DNA of 64,000 nt, taken from assembly GCA_964016885.1 (NCBI GenBank), contig OZ024751.1, forward strand, positions 51,770,001 through 51,834,000, given 5' to 3'. This DNA comes from Eledone cirrhosa (lineage: Eukaryota). The notes beneath the pieces were generated by a model that searched no databases, was not told where the DNA came from, and saw only the letters and a program-made list of their open reading frames with translations. This document shows, one piece after another, positions 30,441 to 42,471 of this stretch; position 1 is the stretch's first letter, and each line of letters opens with the position of its first letter. The position numbers and the translations under genes were made by a program.

Positions 30441-33205
30441 TCAGGTGTAGTTTTGGCGTATTTCGGGAAGCATGAGTGTCTTAAAGGATGCAGTGTCTCG
30501 GCAGCTAACAACTGACGCAGGCAGTTTGTTCCATGCTTCAGCAACTCTGAGCGTGAAAAAATGTCTACGAAAGTCATGGGAGCTATGTTGTTTTCTGATC
30601 TTGTAGGCATGTCCACGTGTGTTAGACACATGGAGATCAAAGAGGCGCTCAGGGTTGCAATTGGCGAGATGGTTAAAAACTTTGTGGGTATTCACCAAGT
30701 CCATTGCCAGATGTCGGAGCTTCAATGAATCCATGCCCAGGGAAGCAAGGCGTTCAGAGTATGGTAGGTGTCTGATGGAGGGTATGCGCTTGGTTGCACG
30801 TCTCTGAACAGTTTCCAGGAGGTCAATATTCTGAGCAAGATAGGGGTTCCAGACTGATGATGCGAATTCCAAGTGTGGTCGTACCATAGCTGTATACAGT
30901 TTTAAATAGATGGCTGGAGAGCGGCTAACAAAGGTCTTGCTGAGTGATGCCAAGACACCCTCGGCCTTCTTGACAATCTTAGAGACATGCTTTGTCCAAC
31001 GCAAATCGTTGCTGACAGTAATGCCCAGGTCACGTTCACAAGAGGACTTTTTGATATCAGTGTTGTGGAGGGAGTATGTGGACGCTGGATTTTTCCTTCC
31101 AAAATGCATGGTGGTACACTTGTCCACAGCCAGCTTCAGTTGCCAGTCTGTGATCCATTGCTGCATTGTGTCCAGGTCTGATTGTAGGAAAGAGTTGTAA
31201 ATTTCAGGATCAGTCCTTTTGATTTCAAGGTACAGCTTGATGTCATCTGCATATTTCAGTACCGTGGCATTCTGTAAGTTGGCATCTATGTCATTAATAT
31301 ATGCCACAAACAAAAGAGGACCAAGAACAGATCCCTGTGGTACACCAGATGACATCTCATATGGTGAAGAATGCTGTCCTAGAACCGTCACTACTTCTTT
31401 TCGGCTGAGAATGAAGGATTTCAACCAGTCGAAAAGATCATCCCTCACACCTATTGCAGAGAGTTTTGCCATAAGTCTTTTGTGTGGCACAGAATTAAAA
31501 GCCTTAGCAAAGTCAAGGTAAACAACATCCACCCATGAGCCGCTGTCAGTGATCCGGGTGATGTCCTCAAGGAACTCGATAAGCTGATCACAGCAGCTGG
31601 AGTTAGGGATAAATCCAAACTGTGAGGGCCGGATGAGGCTGTGAGAGCTCCAGAAGTTCCAAAGTGTTTCTCTGACACAGGATTCCATCAGTTTGGCCAT
31701 ACAGCTAGTAAGACTGACTGGACGATAGTTGACAGGTGACATGCGGTTGCCCTTTTTGAACAGGGGAATGACACTGGCAGTTTTCCACTGCTCCGGAGTA
31801 GCACCATTGTTGAGACAGTATTGAAAGAAGAAAGAAAGCTAGCGCAAAAGGAAATACCTGCCACGTTTGAGAAGCAGGTATGTCACACCATCAAGACCAG
31901 GGGAGGCATAGTTGCGCTTATTCTTAAGGTGACGTCGCAACATTGCAGGTGTAAATTCCATAGTTGTTATGGAATTTGATGTTAGAGATGGTGGAGATGG
32001 TACATTCTGGTTTTCAACAGTAAAAATACTTGCATAGCACTCAGCAATGAGTTCTGCGCATTCCTTGGGATCGTCAGTGATCTGGCTTGTGTGGGGATTG
32101 CGAAGAGGACCAACTGGAGAGTGAGGTCTCTGCCTTGAATGAACATATTTCCAGAACACCTTACTGTCAGGATTGGTTGCGATGCACTCTTCAAATTCAA
32201 GCACTGCCTTCTTTGTCACTTGCTTGAGATGGTTAGAAGATTTATTCCGCTTTTTTCTGTTGGCATCTGATTTATGCAGTTTATATTCCCGTTCAGCGTT
32301 CCGACGTTCTTTCCTGGCAAGTCGGACCGCTGAAGTTTCCCAAATTGCACTTTTGGGGTGGTTATTTTTCCGCTTCCGTGGCACTGATGCTGCACACGCT
32401 ATCCATATTGAGTCCAGGATGCTCTGGAGTATAGTGTTCACATCTCCAGAGTTATACATCTCATGCCAGTTTGGGCGCTGTAGCTCAGTGCAGTACAAGT
32501 TCCAATCCGCCCTCTTCCAATCAAAGCAAGCAGATTGGAGATGGCTCTGGTTTTTGTTGCTGCCCTCAAGTGCCAGATTGGCAATGATCATAGCATGATC
32601 AGAGTCGCCTAGAGGTTCCTCAGTAGTACAACTGATAACCACTTCAGGAGTAGTGGTGAAGATCAGGTCCAAAGTGTTGTCACCTCTTGTTGGAGAGGTG
32701 ACTACTTGTGACCAGTTTGAGTCCAGCACTAGTTCAAGGAAATCGTTTGCACCTTGTGGCCAACGAAAGGTTTCCCAATCGATCTCAGGATGATTGAATT
32801 CACCTGCAATAAACACATAAGTGGCTGTTTTCTTGACAGCAACTCTGAGGATATCGCAAAGCTGTGTGTCCTGATGGTAGTTTGGGGGTGCGATAAACAA
32901 CACCAAGCAGAAGTGTTGACATGGTCATACGTATGTCACAGAAAAAAACTTCTTCCTGTGATTCGTTCAAATCAACGCAAGGAATTACCGAAAAGTTTGA
33001 ACGAACGTAGACCATCACCACCACCACGGCGGTTAATGCGGTCCTTGCGGAAAAGGTTGTACCCAGTAATGCTGAAAACCCCATCACAGAGTAAGGAATG
33101 TGCCCATGTTTCCGTGACTGTGATGAAGTCGGGGTCGATGCTTCTGACGTAGGATTCGAACAGATGTATCTTGTTGCATAAACTGCGAGCATTTAAGGAC
33201 AACAA
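30441..33205 (-). pseudogene. CR1 ORF2: AP endonuclease + reverse transcriptase, frameshifted
   Basis: LSLNARSL, TVTETW, GVVYRTP, PTRG.NTLDLIFT, SDH; NYRPVSLTS, DVVYLDFAKAFNSVPH, GVPQGSVLGP, YADD, RDLGI, VRPHLEF, VQRRATK. Confidence 0.92.
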
Positions 33206-33261
33206 TTTGTACCCTGCTCGCAGTTTATGATGGTGTGTAGAGGGTGGCAGGTTGTTCTGAT

Positions 33262-34536
33262 TTAGTTTCCCAGAGTTGTAGCAGTTTTTACATTGCCAGT
33301 TATTGTGGGTAGATCACACTCAGACCAGCTGGTATCTCTCTTCCACGTTTCACCAGCCTTGATAAACTTCCAGATCTGCCCATCATCACGCAGACTAAAA
33401 CTTTCATCTTGTGCTGAGTTCCGATTCAAGGAAGCTGCAGCACGTAGCTTTGGACGTACATGGGGTGGTAGGCCTGGGCGTGTTCGGAAGGTAATCCGAT
33501 TTTCACGCCCAGCTTTAGCAGAGGCCAGATGATATGAGGTTGCCTCTGCGGGGTCCGAAAAAGACAGCATGATGAGTCTGGGTTTTGGACCAGGTCGACC
33601 AAGGCGGAGAGCACCCTTTGGGGGAACACAGCCTAGGTCTTTGGCTGAGCTGGCAGCAAATGCCTGAAGATCAGCCTTGTCCTCTGGTACCCCAATGGCA
33701 ATCACTTCATGGTAGCAGATTCCGCAGTCTTTTCAGTCTTTTCAGCAAGAGGTACAGGGAGATTCTTTAGCAAGGCATTCCGATAAGACCCCTTATTGTG
33801 GGGTCCTACCCGAATGCTTGCCTTTATTCCTGTAACTTCCCTTCTCAAAGCAGAAATCATTAGTTGCAATTCCGCAAAATCTGTACTGGTCGATTGTTGT
33901 TGTTGTTGCTGTTGTTGTTGTTGGTGATGATGATGTTCCTCCACGGGAATGGCAGGGGAAGACACAGTCGCAGGTTGTTCCTGTTGTTGTTGCTGTTGTT
34001 GGTGATGAGGATGTTCCTCCACGGGAATGGTAGGGGAAGACACAGTCACCAGTTGTTGGTGTCGGGATGTACTGGGAGCGGAAGACATGGGTTGTTGTTG
34101 TTTCTGATGTTCTCCCACAGGAATAGCAGTAGAAGCCAGTGTCATAGGTTTTTGCCGTTGTTCAGTAACAATGGTAGAGGAAGACACAGTCATTGGTTTT
34201 TGTTGTTGTTTTTGTTTTTCAATAACATTAGTGGAGGCAGGCACACAGGCCAGCTACTGAAAGGACCAGGATTTTAGCTGGACCATCTCCCATATTCCAT
34301 CCATCATAGCATTATGATGTCTCTTTTTGGGGCCTGGGATCCTCCGGAAGCCTGTGGCGCATTGAAGGCAGACAGGTTCCACATTCGATCCAGCGATTAC
34401 GGAACGAGTTTTCGGGTTCCGCACAGATATGGCAGATGTGGTTTTCTGGGCAATGTTCTATTTTGGGACATCGACCGGTTTTGTCGCATATTTCATCGAT
34501 GGATATCACCATGGCAATTTTGTTATTTCTACCCAT
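33262..34536 (-). pseudogene. CR1 ORF1 (PHD-like finger, Q/H-rich repeats, coiled coil, RRM-like domain), frameshifted
   Basis: CHICAEP..RWIECGTC; repeated TVSSP(A/T)IPVEEH..QQQ units; LQLMISALRREVTGIK; IAIGVPE and RLGRPGPKPRLIMLSF. Confidence 0.75.
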
Positions 34537-36239
34537 CGGTAGAAAAACACAGAATGTAAACAATATAGGTTTAGCGCACTTGATTACGATAGAAATAAAA
34601 TGTCTGTTTTTTTGTGTATTTTGTTTCCATTTTCCTAAATGTTGTGTGTGTACAGAAGAGTCTGTGCATGTAAACAAATAAATATGCTGCGTAAGTTAAA
34701 TGAAACGTACTGTAGAAGGCAGTTGTTTATTAACAGCGAAATAACGTTTTTTTTTCCTGATACTGCTTCTTTATAATAAACTTTCAATAATATTTTTTTC
34801 AAATTATTAACTTTCAGCTGCTAGTATATATATATAATTAAAAGGTGTATGTGGGTTAGAAGCGAAGTCAATGTTAAGAAATATTTTACCAATGTAAATT
34901 GGTAAAATTGGCCGGTATAGTGTCTCACACGAAATAGTGTGGTTTCTTTTCACGTGTGTGTATATGCATATGGTATGTATCTGTATATAAATCTGTGTTA
35001 TATTGTTGTTTATATGTTTTGTGGAGTACTTACTGCGATCCTTAAGGAATGTAGTGATTTGTTTTGTTTTTTTCCTTTTTCCCCGTCCATGTCCACACGT
35101 GGTTTGTTGGCGAAAATCAAGTCAAATTATATATACTTCGTTAAGATAATTCTATCTTGAAACTGGTACTAGTTGTCAGGGAACAGTCAAAGTAATTGTA
35201 ATAATGAATATTGTAATCCATCTGACATGTGTTTAAAGGGCAGTTTTTGGTGAAAATATTATATTTTGTTTGGTCAAGACGTGGTCAAGCGACCTTCCTT
35301 GTCGCCATTTTGGCCGGATATTTCAAGGACACCAAGTTAAATTATGGTGTGCTTTCATCAGATAAAATATAATATAGAGCAGTTTTATCCGGGAGCTTCC
35401 AACAGTAATGGTCGCATTCTTTAAGGGTATGTCAATATTTATTTATAAAACTGCTCTATATTATATTTTATCTGATGAAAGCACTCCATAATTTAACTTG
35501 GTGTCCTTGAAATATGTATAATGAAATAAATATGGTTTTATAAATATAGTTTCCATTTGTTAATATATCGTATTTTTACTCCAATAATTTGTTGAGTGCT
35601 TTATATCAGTTATAAAAATATTTGCTTGTTGTAGCCCAACAATTTAAATAGAACTTCTATATATATATATATAGAGAGAGAGAGAGGGGGGGGGAGACAG
35701 GCAGAGAGAGAGACCGACCATTCGATGAATGGGGAAATGCAGAGTGGGTATAAAGATATGTAAAACCCGAACGCTTGAAGTTAGACATGGTCTTACAGCT
35801 TTAAGAAAAAAAAATAATATACAATAATTATAACAAACCAGACTGTTAGATATCGCCTAGGCTTGCCGATATATATATATATATATTATATATTATTATT
35901 GAATATCTAACTGCCTGGTTCGTTATAATTATTGTATTTATTTTTTAAGCTGTAAGGGAATCATTCTGTCATTACCATAACAGAAGTCCGATGAGCTTTT
36001 AATTCCAGAGTCGGGCCCGATCGATACAGATCGAACCTTGAGCTGATCAATCGCGAAACGCGCGTCACACCTAAATAAATATAACGAAAATGTAACACCT
36101 TGTCCATATTATATATATATATATATATTAGAGAGTCGAGGCCGACGGCTGAGCTCTTGCCATTTTAACAACAAATTCTATATATATTATATATATACAT
36201 TATATATATATATATATATATTGTATATATTATATATAT

Positions 36240-36323
<84 letters not shown>

Positions 36324-36749
36324 ACTAATTTCACACTTACCTAATGTGTGTGTATATATATATAACTAGTTTCACACTTACCTAATGTATGTATATATAT
36401 ATATATATGCAAGCATACTTGCACATATGCACGTTCACACACACATTGTGTATGTGTGTGTATTACGTCACATACATTCGTCAACAGTCAACAACACTCT
36501 GGTCTCATTGACACAGGTCAAATTAACTAGTTCACTACATTTAATGACAAAGATTTAAAGATTTCAACATTTTGTTAACTGAACGAGTGTAGTGTTAATA
36601 CTTAGTGTGTATATATGTTTTTGTTGTTGTTGTTTTTTTTGGGGGGGGTCAGTCAAGTCATTTTTAGTAGAGAAAAGCAATGAAGAATGACATGATGCTG
36701 AATGAAAACAAAAGCAATATATACAAACACACACACACACCGACCACAA

Positions 36750-37122
36750 CTAAATATGGAATGATAGGCGATGGGGCCCCGTCACAGCCCCCGGCAGACA
36801 GAATGGAGAAGGTGTTTCCCCGGAGGACGGCAAGGGAGATGCGCTGGAAAAGCCACTCCAACTCGCGGGGCTCACACCTGCGGCTGGCCAGCTCACTGCC
36901 TATGGTGGTGAGTAGGGAGGTAGCCCTAGGGCCGAGGACACCAGAAGTCTCCACTGCCAGGAGTACAACCGCAAAACCTGTCAGAGAGCGACCCGTATTT
37001 GTGGAGTTTAGCCTCCTCAGCCCGACGTGCAGCAGAACCCAGGTTAGTTGCAGACTGCACCAGGTTACGGCTGCAGAAAGTGTCAGTGCAAGTGGCATCC
37101 CAGACGAGGGGTTTGCCACCGC
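36750..37122 (-). mobile_element. CRE-clade LINE 3' fragment (same family as 59357-61830)
   Basis: LAVETSGVLGPRATSLLTTIG..ELEWLFQRISLAVLRGN. Confidence 0.85.
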
Positions 37123-37210
37123 GAACTATTGCTATACTGGATATTTCTCATAACTTTAAGTGAGTTGAAGAGTTTGTGTTTTTTGAATGGCTAAAATTAC
37201 TGTTTAATAT

Positions 37211-37690
37211 TTCTTCTTCTTCTTCTTCTTCTTCTTCTTCTTCTTCTTCTTCTTCTTCAGCCACTTATTTCTGAGAGGGTCATGGGGGCAGAGTCCTGAA
37301 ACACTCCTTCCAGCAGGTCCTGTCAGAAGCAACCGTCTCCAACTGATCCAGCTGGATCCCCAAGTGAGACCAACCAAGCTCATGGATGTTGTCCAACCAT
37401 CTTGCTCGGGACGGAGGAGGTCTACCCCTGGGTGTCCTGCCAGTTGGTTTTGCCCATAAAATATGTCCAGCGATTCTTTCCTGGGACATTCTAACCATAT
37501 GCCCTGAGTATCAGAGTTGTGATCTCCACCGGGAGTGACTCTCTGATCTCCGAGCTAAAGACTTTATTGAGTAATGTTACTCCAAAGACCCTTAGGAGGA
37601 ACCCCATTTCGGCCATTTGTATTCGCCATCATATTCTTTCAGTCATTACCCAAGTTTCATGACCATAGGTAAGGGTTGGCACAAATACTG
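37211..37690 (-). mobile_element. RTE-1-like LINE 3' fragment with (GAA)n tail
   Basis: ILWAKPTGRTPRGRP..RWLDNI..LG..ASDR..W; a TTC run at 37211-37258 abuts its 3' end. Confidence 0.7.
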
Positions 37691-38182
37691 AATTAACTGG
37701 TACTTTTTTTATCAACCCCTCAGCACCCAACACCTAAAATTTAAAGGTGGAGTTGACCTTGGCAGTATTTAAATTCAAGGCTATTAATATATATAAATAG
37801 ATATCACAAAGACTTTTACTCCATCTTTTTATCAATTGCACCAATTAAATTATTGATATATTATCAATTTTATGATAATTCTAAAATTAAGTTTTGACTC
37901 ATTAAATATTGTTTCATTATTGTTTTATTGGTTTTCAGTGAGGTGTATAATTTAAATAAAGTCTCATTAATTAATAGATTAAATAATTGTTTCTAGCATA
38001 GGCATAAGGCCAGTAATTTGAGGGAAGAGGAAACTCAATTAAATCAACCCAGTACTTTACTGGTATTTTATTTTCTCAACCATGGAAGGATGAAAGGCAA
38101 AGCTGACCTTGGCAAGATTTAAATTCAGAATTTAATTGGTAGTGGTGGCGGTGGCAGCAGCAGCGGTAGTAGTAGTAGTAGC

Positions 38183-38238
<56 letters not shown>

Positions 38239-39129
38239 CAGAGCAGCAGCAGCAGCAGCAATAGTAGTAGTAGAAATGCGACAAAGTATTTTGAACAATG
38301 GTCTAATGGTTCTGCCTAACCACTGGCCTATTCATAGATTAAATAATGACTGAAAACTCATAATTTTCTGAGTTAATATTTCTGGCAGAGGTTAAAAAAT
38401 AGGAATATGTAAAAACAGACATACAACAATGATGATGATGATCATGATGATAATAATTGTTTCTACTTTAGGCACAAGGCCAGCATTTTTTTTTTTTTTT
38501 TTCGCGGAAGGGGATCGATTAAATCGACCCCAGTGGCTCTCTGGTCTCCAAGCTATCGAGGTACAACAATGGGTAATATTTAAATTTTAAAACCATCCCA
38601 TTCATGCAACATAGAGGAAAATAGGACTTCAGGTTATTTCTATGATAAATAAGTCAATATCATGATATATGAAATATTTCTAATTTTAGAAAGATATATG
38701 AGGCAATTGAATAGATAATATAATCAGTGAGAATTTTGATTAGTGTTTATCCCTTTAACATTTATATGTTAACCCATGCTGGCATGGAAAACGGACGTTA
38801 AACGAAGATGATGATGATGATTACTCTATATTTACTATTGTATTTTCACAGTAAAGGCTTTACCTTACATAAATATCTCACATGATATTGAAACTATGAG
38901 ATTTTGATATTATTTATTTTTGAGAACAATACCAACATCAGTTGGTTTGAACAGAAAGAAGTGAGAGAATTCTGGCCGGATATGGCCGGTTTAAATGCTA
39001 AAGGGTTATACAGGATTGACATCAAATATATTCTATTGACATGGGTTGGATAGGTCATTACAAACCATGTCAGTTCTTAGTTGGAGTTATTGTCCACCTA
39101 GACAGGTCAGGAAATCACATATTTATTAT

Positions 39130-39345
39130 AAAAGGACGATGGATTGGCAGTATCGGTAGAGCGTCGGATAACATGCTTTGCAGCATTGAGTTACGGCCCT
39201 TTGCGTTCTGAGTTCAAAATCCCGCCGAGGTTAGCTTTGCCTTTCATCCTTATGGGGTCGATAAAATAAAGTATCAGTCACGCACCGGAGGCGATTAAAT
39301 CAACTTTCCCCTCCCCTAAATTGTGCCGAAATCAGAAACCATTAT
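39130..39345 (+). mobile_element. tRNA-derived SINE, representative copy (many others, e.g. 4840-4960, 44200-44320, cluster 47985-49375)
   Basis: Box A-like TGGCAGTATCGG, box B GAGTTCAAAATCC, central TTGCCTTTCATCC..GGGGTCGATAAAATAAAGTA (MetaSINE-like domain, recalled) and an ATT tail. Confidence 0.8.
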
Positions 39346-40214
39346 ACATAGGCATGTCATATATGCATTCATATATGCCTCTATTACAAACCACACTATG
39401 TTAGTGCCACTGCTAATTAATTGTTTCTACTTTTAGCACAAGGCCAACAATTATCCTAATGTATTACTGCAAGCCTACACTATATGCAAATGAGCATCTC
39501 TTTAGATATACAATATGCAATAGTTTAATTTGACTCAGTATGAAGAGAGTAAACATTACTGAAGATTGATAAAAATCCCAAAACACTTGTGTTTGATGTT
39601 CTCACATGGCTGTTTAGGTAGCTGTGACATGATCACAGCTTAAAATACTTACTCATGATGAGAAATATATACAGTGCTGGATTTACAATTGTGCTTAGCT
39701 GTGTTTAAACACAGGGCCCTCTTAGTCCCAAAAATATTTTACCTCTTTCCGGGCCCAAGTAAGGGGCCTCATAACTTAATTAGCTCAGGGACTCATTTGT
39801 TCTAAATCTGGCACTGCATGTAATATATGTGCTTATTATACATAAACATATTGTATATACTTTCGTATATATCTCTGTTGTGAGTCATGCTATGTTAGTA
39901 CTACTACCAATGTTTATATATTCAGCATGTGCTACTAATACACTCTTTCCTCTATTTATATCTATCCTATATTCCTTACTTCCTGTTTTATAAACCAATC
40001 TTTAAGCCTATCTTATAATATTCAGCATCCTTAATATAGATACTATAAGCATTAAGGTGAAGAAAGATAAAGACCATCTTCACATGCGTAGTTAGATAAC
40101 CGTCTATCTCTGGAAATTTGCCAGAAAGTCGTAATGCTTTTTTCACAGCTAAAAGCTAAAACCAACAAATACAGAGTTGTAAATAGAAAAACAGAGTACA
40201 ACATTTACAATGAA

Positions 40215-40525
40215 TGGAAAGCACTCCATCAGTTAATACAAGTGTTCCAGTTGATCCGATCAACAAAACAGCCTGCTCATGAAATTAATGTGCAAGTGGC
40301 TGAGCATTCTACAAACACACGTACCCTTAACGTAGTTCTCAGGGAGATTCAGTGTGACACATAATGTGACAAGGCTGGCCCTTCGAATTACAGATACAAC
40401 TCATTTTGGCCAGCTAAGTGAACTGGAGCAACGTGAAATAAAGTGTCTTGCACGCTACCGGGAATCGAATTCACGACCTTACGATCATGAACCAAATTCC
40501 CTAACCACAAAGCCACACGCCTTCA
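40215..40525 (-). mobile_element. Second tRNA-derived SINE family (CORE/V-like; related heads at 49630-49800 and 58285-58420)
   Basis: Minus strand GGCGTGTGGCTTTGTGGTTAGG ... GTGAATTCGATTCCCGG ... GCAAGACACTTTATTTCAC. Confidence 0.65.
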
Positions 40526-42335
40526 CAATGAATATAAACTCATCAACTAACCAGTGGCCCAGTACTGTATCACCTTGATTATTTCTGTATAATTTGTGAG
40601 TAGAAACATTTATTTTTCATGTTTCTTGGTTTGTGTTTCTTAAGAGCTATCAAGTGCCAACCATGACAGTCCAATACACATGAGATGGCCTACAAGATAT
40701 ATTAAGTAATTTATGCTACTTAGGTGACCTAATTGGTGGTGAAAGTAGCTATAGGGAAAATACACACATACATGTATACCTACTACTACTACAGCCGTCA
40801 CTTGCAATCAACTATGACTTAGTAGTATGTACCATGCTTTTGCAAAGGATTATAGGTTCCCATGCAGTTGCAAGCCAACATAGACAACCTCTCCACTTTC
40901 CCTCCCTTGATCAAACGGAACATCCAAATGTGAGAGCAGGAAAGAAAGCAGGCTGCACCAGTACTGGATTGGTACTTTCTTTATTGATTTCAAAAGAATA
41001 AAAGGCAAAGTGGACATCTGTAGGATTTGAACTCAGAATACAGAGACCCAGAACAAATAACCAATATTCTAACAACTCTGCCAAATCAATTTGATTTACA
41101 TACATGTATACACAAGATGCAACATCACCACAATTATTATTATAGACAATTATTTTATGTACTTATGAATGAAGAGCAAATGCTGGTAGTGTTTGAACAA
41201 AGTAATGTTTTTTTGGTGGCATGCTAATTTTCTCTGTATTGTTCTAATTTTAGAATATGCACTGCTGAAGCTAGTACAATCGGTTTAAGTGTGTAGAATG
41301 TTGCTAAGTTAAGAAAGGAGTTGAAGTTGAGGGAGCTGATAGGTTTCTCCTCCTTGTGTGTGAGAATGTGTGTAAAAGGCAAGCAGTGTTAATCACGTGT
41401 AGAGTGTGTGATACTAGATACTAGTAATAAGATATTGGGATTGAATGTAGATTCAAGGAGACTGGAAAGTATGGTCTAGTGAAAGTATAAAGTCAACATG
41501 TCTGAATAGTAAATGCAAGTGGACTGAAAGAACAGTTGGCCGTTAAAATTATCAGTTAAAGTAAAACAAACTACCTACACATTAACCCTTTAGCATTTAA
41601 ATCAGCTGTATCAGGCCAGAATTCTCTCACCTCTTTCTGTTCAAACCGGCCATAACTGGCCCCCCATACTGACTTTAAGGTATTGTTCTCAAAATAAATA
41701 ATATCAAAATCTCATAGATTTGATATTATGTGAGGTAAAACCTTTTCTGTGAAAATACAATAGTAAATATAGTGTAATGTGAATGTTAAAAGGTTAAACA
41801 TGAATGACCATACACATCCAATGTCAATATTGAAATAATTGTGTCTGTTTTTGGCACAAGGTCAGCAATTTGAAGGGAAGGGAAAGTCGATTAAATCCTA
41901 CCTCAGTGCGTTACTGGTACTTTATTCTATCAACTGTGTAAAGATGAAAAGCAAAGCTAACTTTGGCAGAATTTGAACTTAGAATGTAGAAAGTCGTGTC
42001 TAAATCCTGCAAAGCATTTTGTCCAACACTTAAACAATACTACCAATCCAGCACCCTCAACATTGAAATAATAATAAAGGTGTATATAAACCCAGAGCTG
42101 GTGCTACCATTAAGGCCAACTAGAGAACTACCTAAGGTGAAAACTTCAGAGATGTGCATTACAGAACTTTAACAATCAGTTTTATACAAATTTGTATAAT
42201 TAAATGAAATACATAATAATTTCCCGATATCAATAAATTAACTACTAAATAGCTTTGCTGTGAAGCATCATTGTAGAAATATCCAAAGCAATGGATAGAG
42301 CTGTATGGTTTGATGGCCTGTTACATGATGTGCCG

Positions 42336-42471
42336 GCGGACAGTGTTGTAGGAAATGCAGGCTCAATAAGGTTATTAGAGCGGACAGTGTTGTGGGAAAT
42401 GCAGGCTCAATAAGGTTATTAGAGCGGACAGTGTTGTGGGAAATGTAGGCTCAATAAGGTTATTAGAGCGG
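42336..42471. repeat. 44-bp tandem repeat, three copies
   Basis: GCGGACAGTGTTGT(A/G)GGAAATG(C/T)AGGCTCAATAAGGTTATTAGA starting at 42336, 42380 and 42424. Confidence 0.95.

Larger units (their letters stand above)
30158..35317 (-). mobile_element. Full-length CR1-type LINE (~5.16 kb), both ORFs disrupted
   Basis: ATATTT target-site duplication at 30152-30157 and 35318-35323; (ATT)n-like 3' end; 5' end CCGGCCAAAATGGCG; ORF1 and ORF2 in between. Confidence 0.88.
30096..35572. repeat. Foldback element split by the CR1 insertion (arms 30096-30157 + 35318-35388 versus 35445-35572)
   Basis: 30096-30157 is the reverse complement of 35510-35572, and 35318-35388 of 35445-35515; a 56-nt loop separates the inner arms. 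Confidence 0.85.

Noticed and set aside
33702-34244. PolyQ ORF as a host transcription factor
   Set aside because: Lies inside the TSD-bounded CR1, in the ORF1 position.
39130-39230. tRNA genes at box A/box B motifs
   Set aside because: No cloverleaf; all are SINE heads followed by SINE body and tail.
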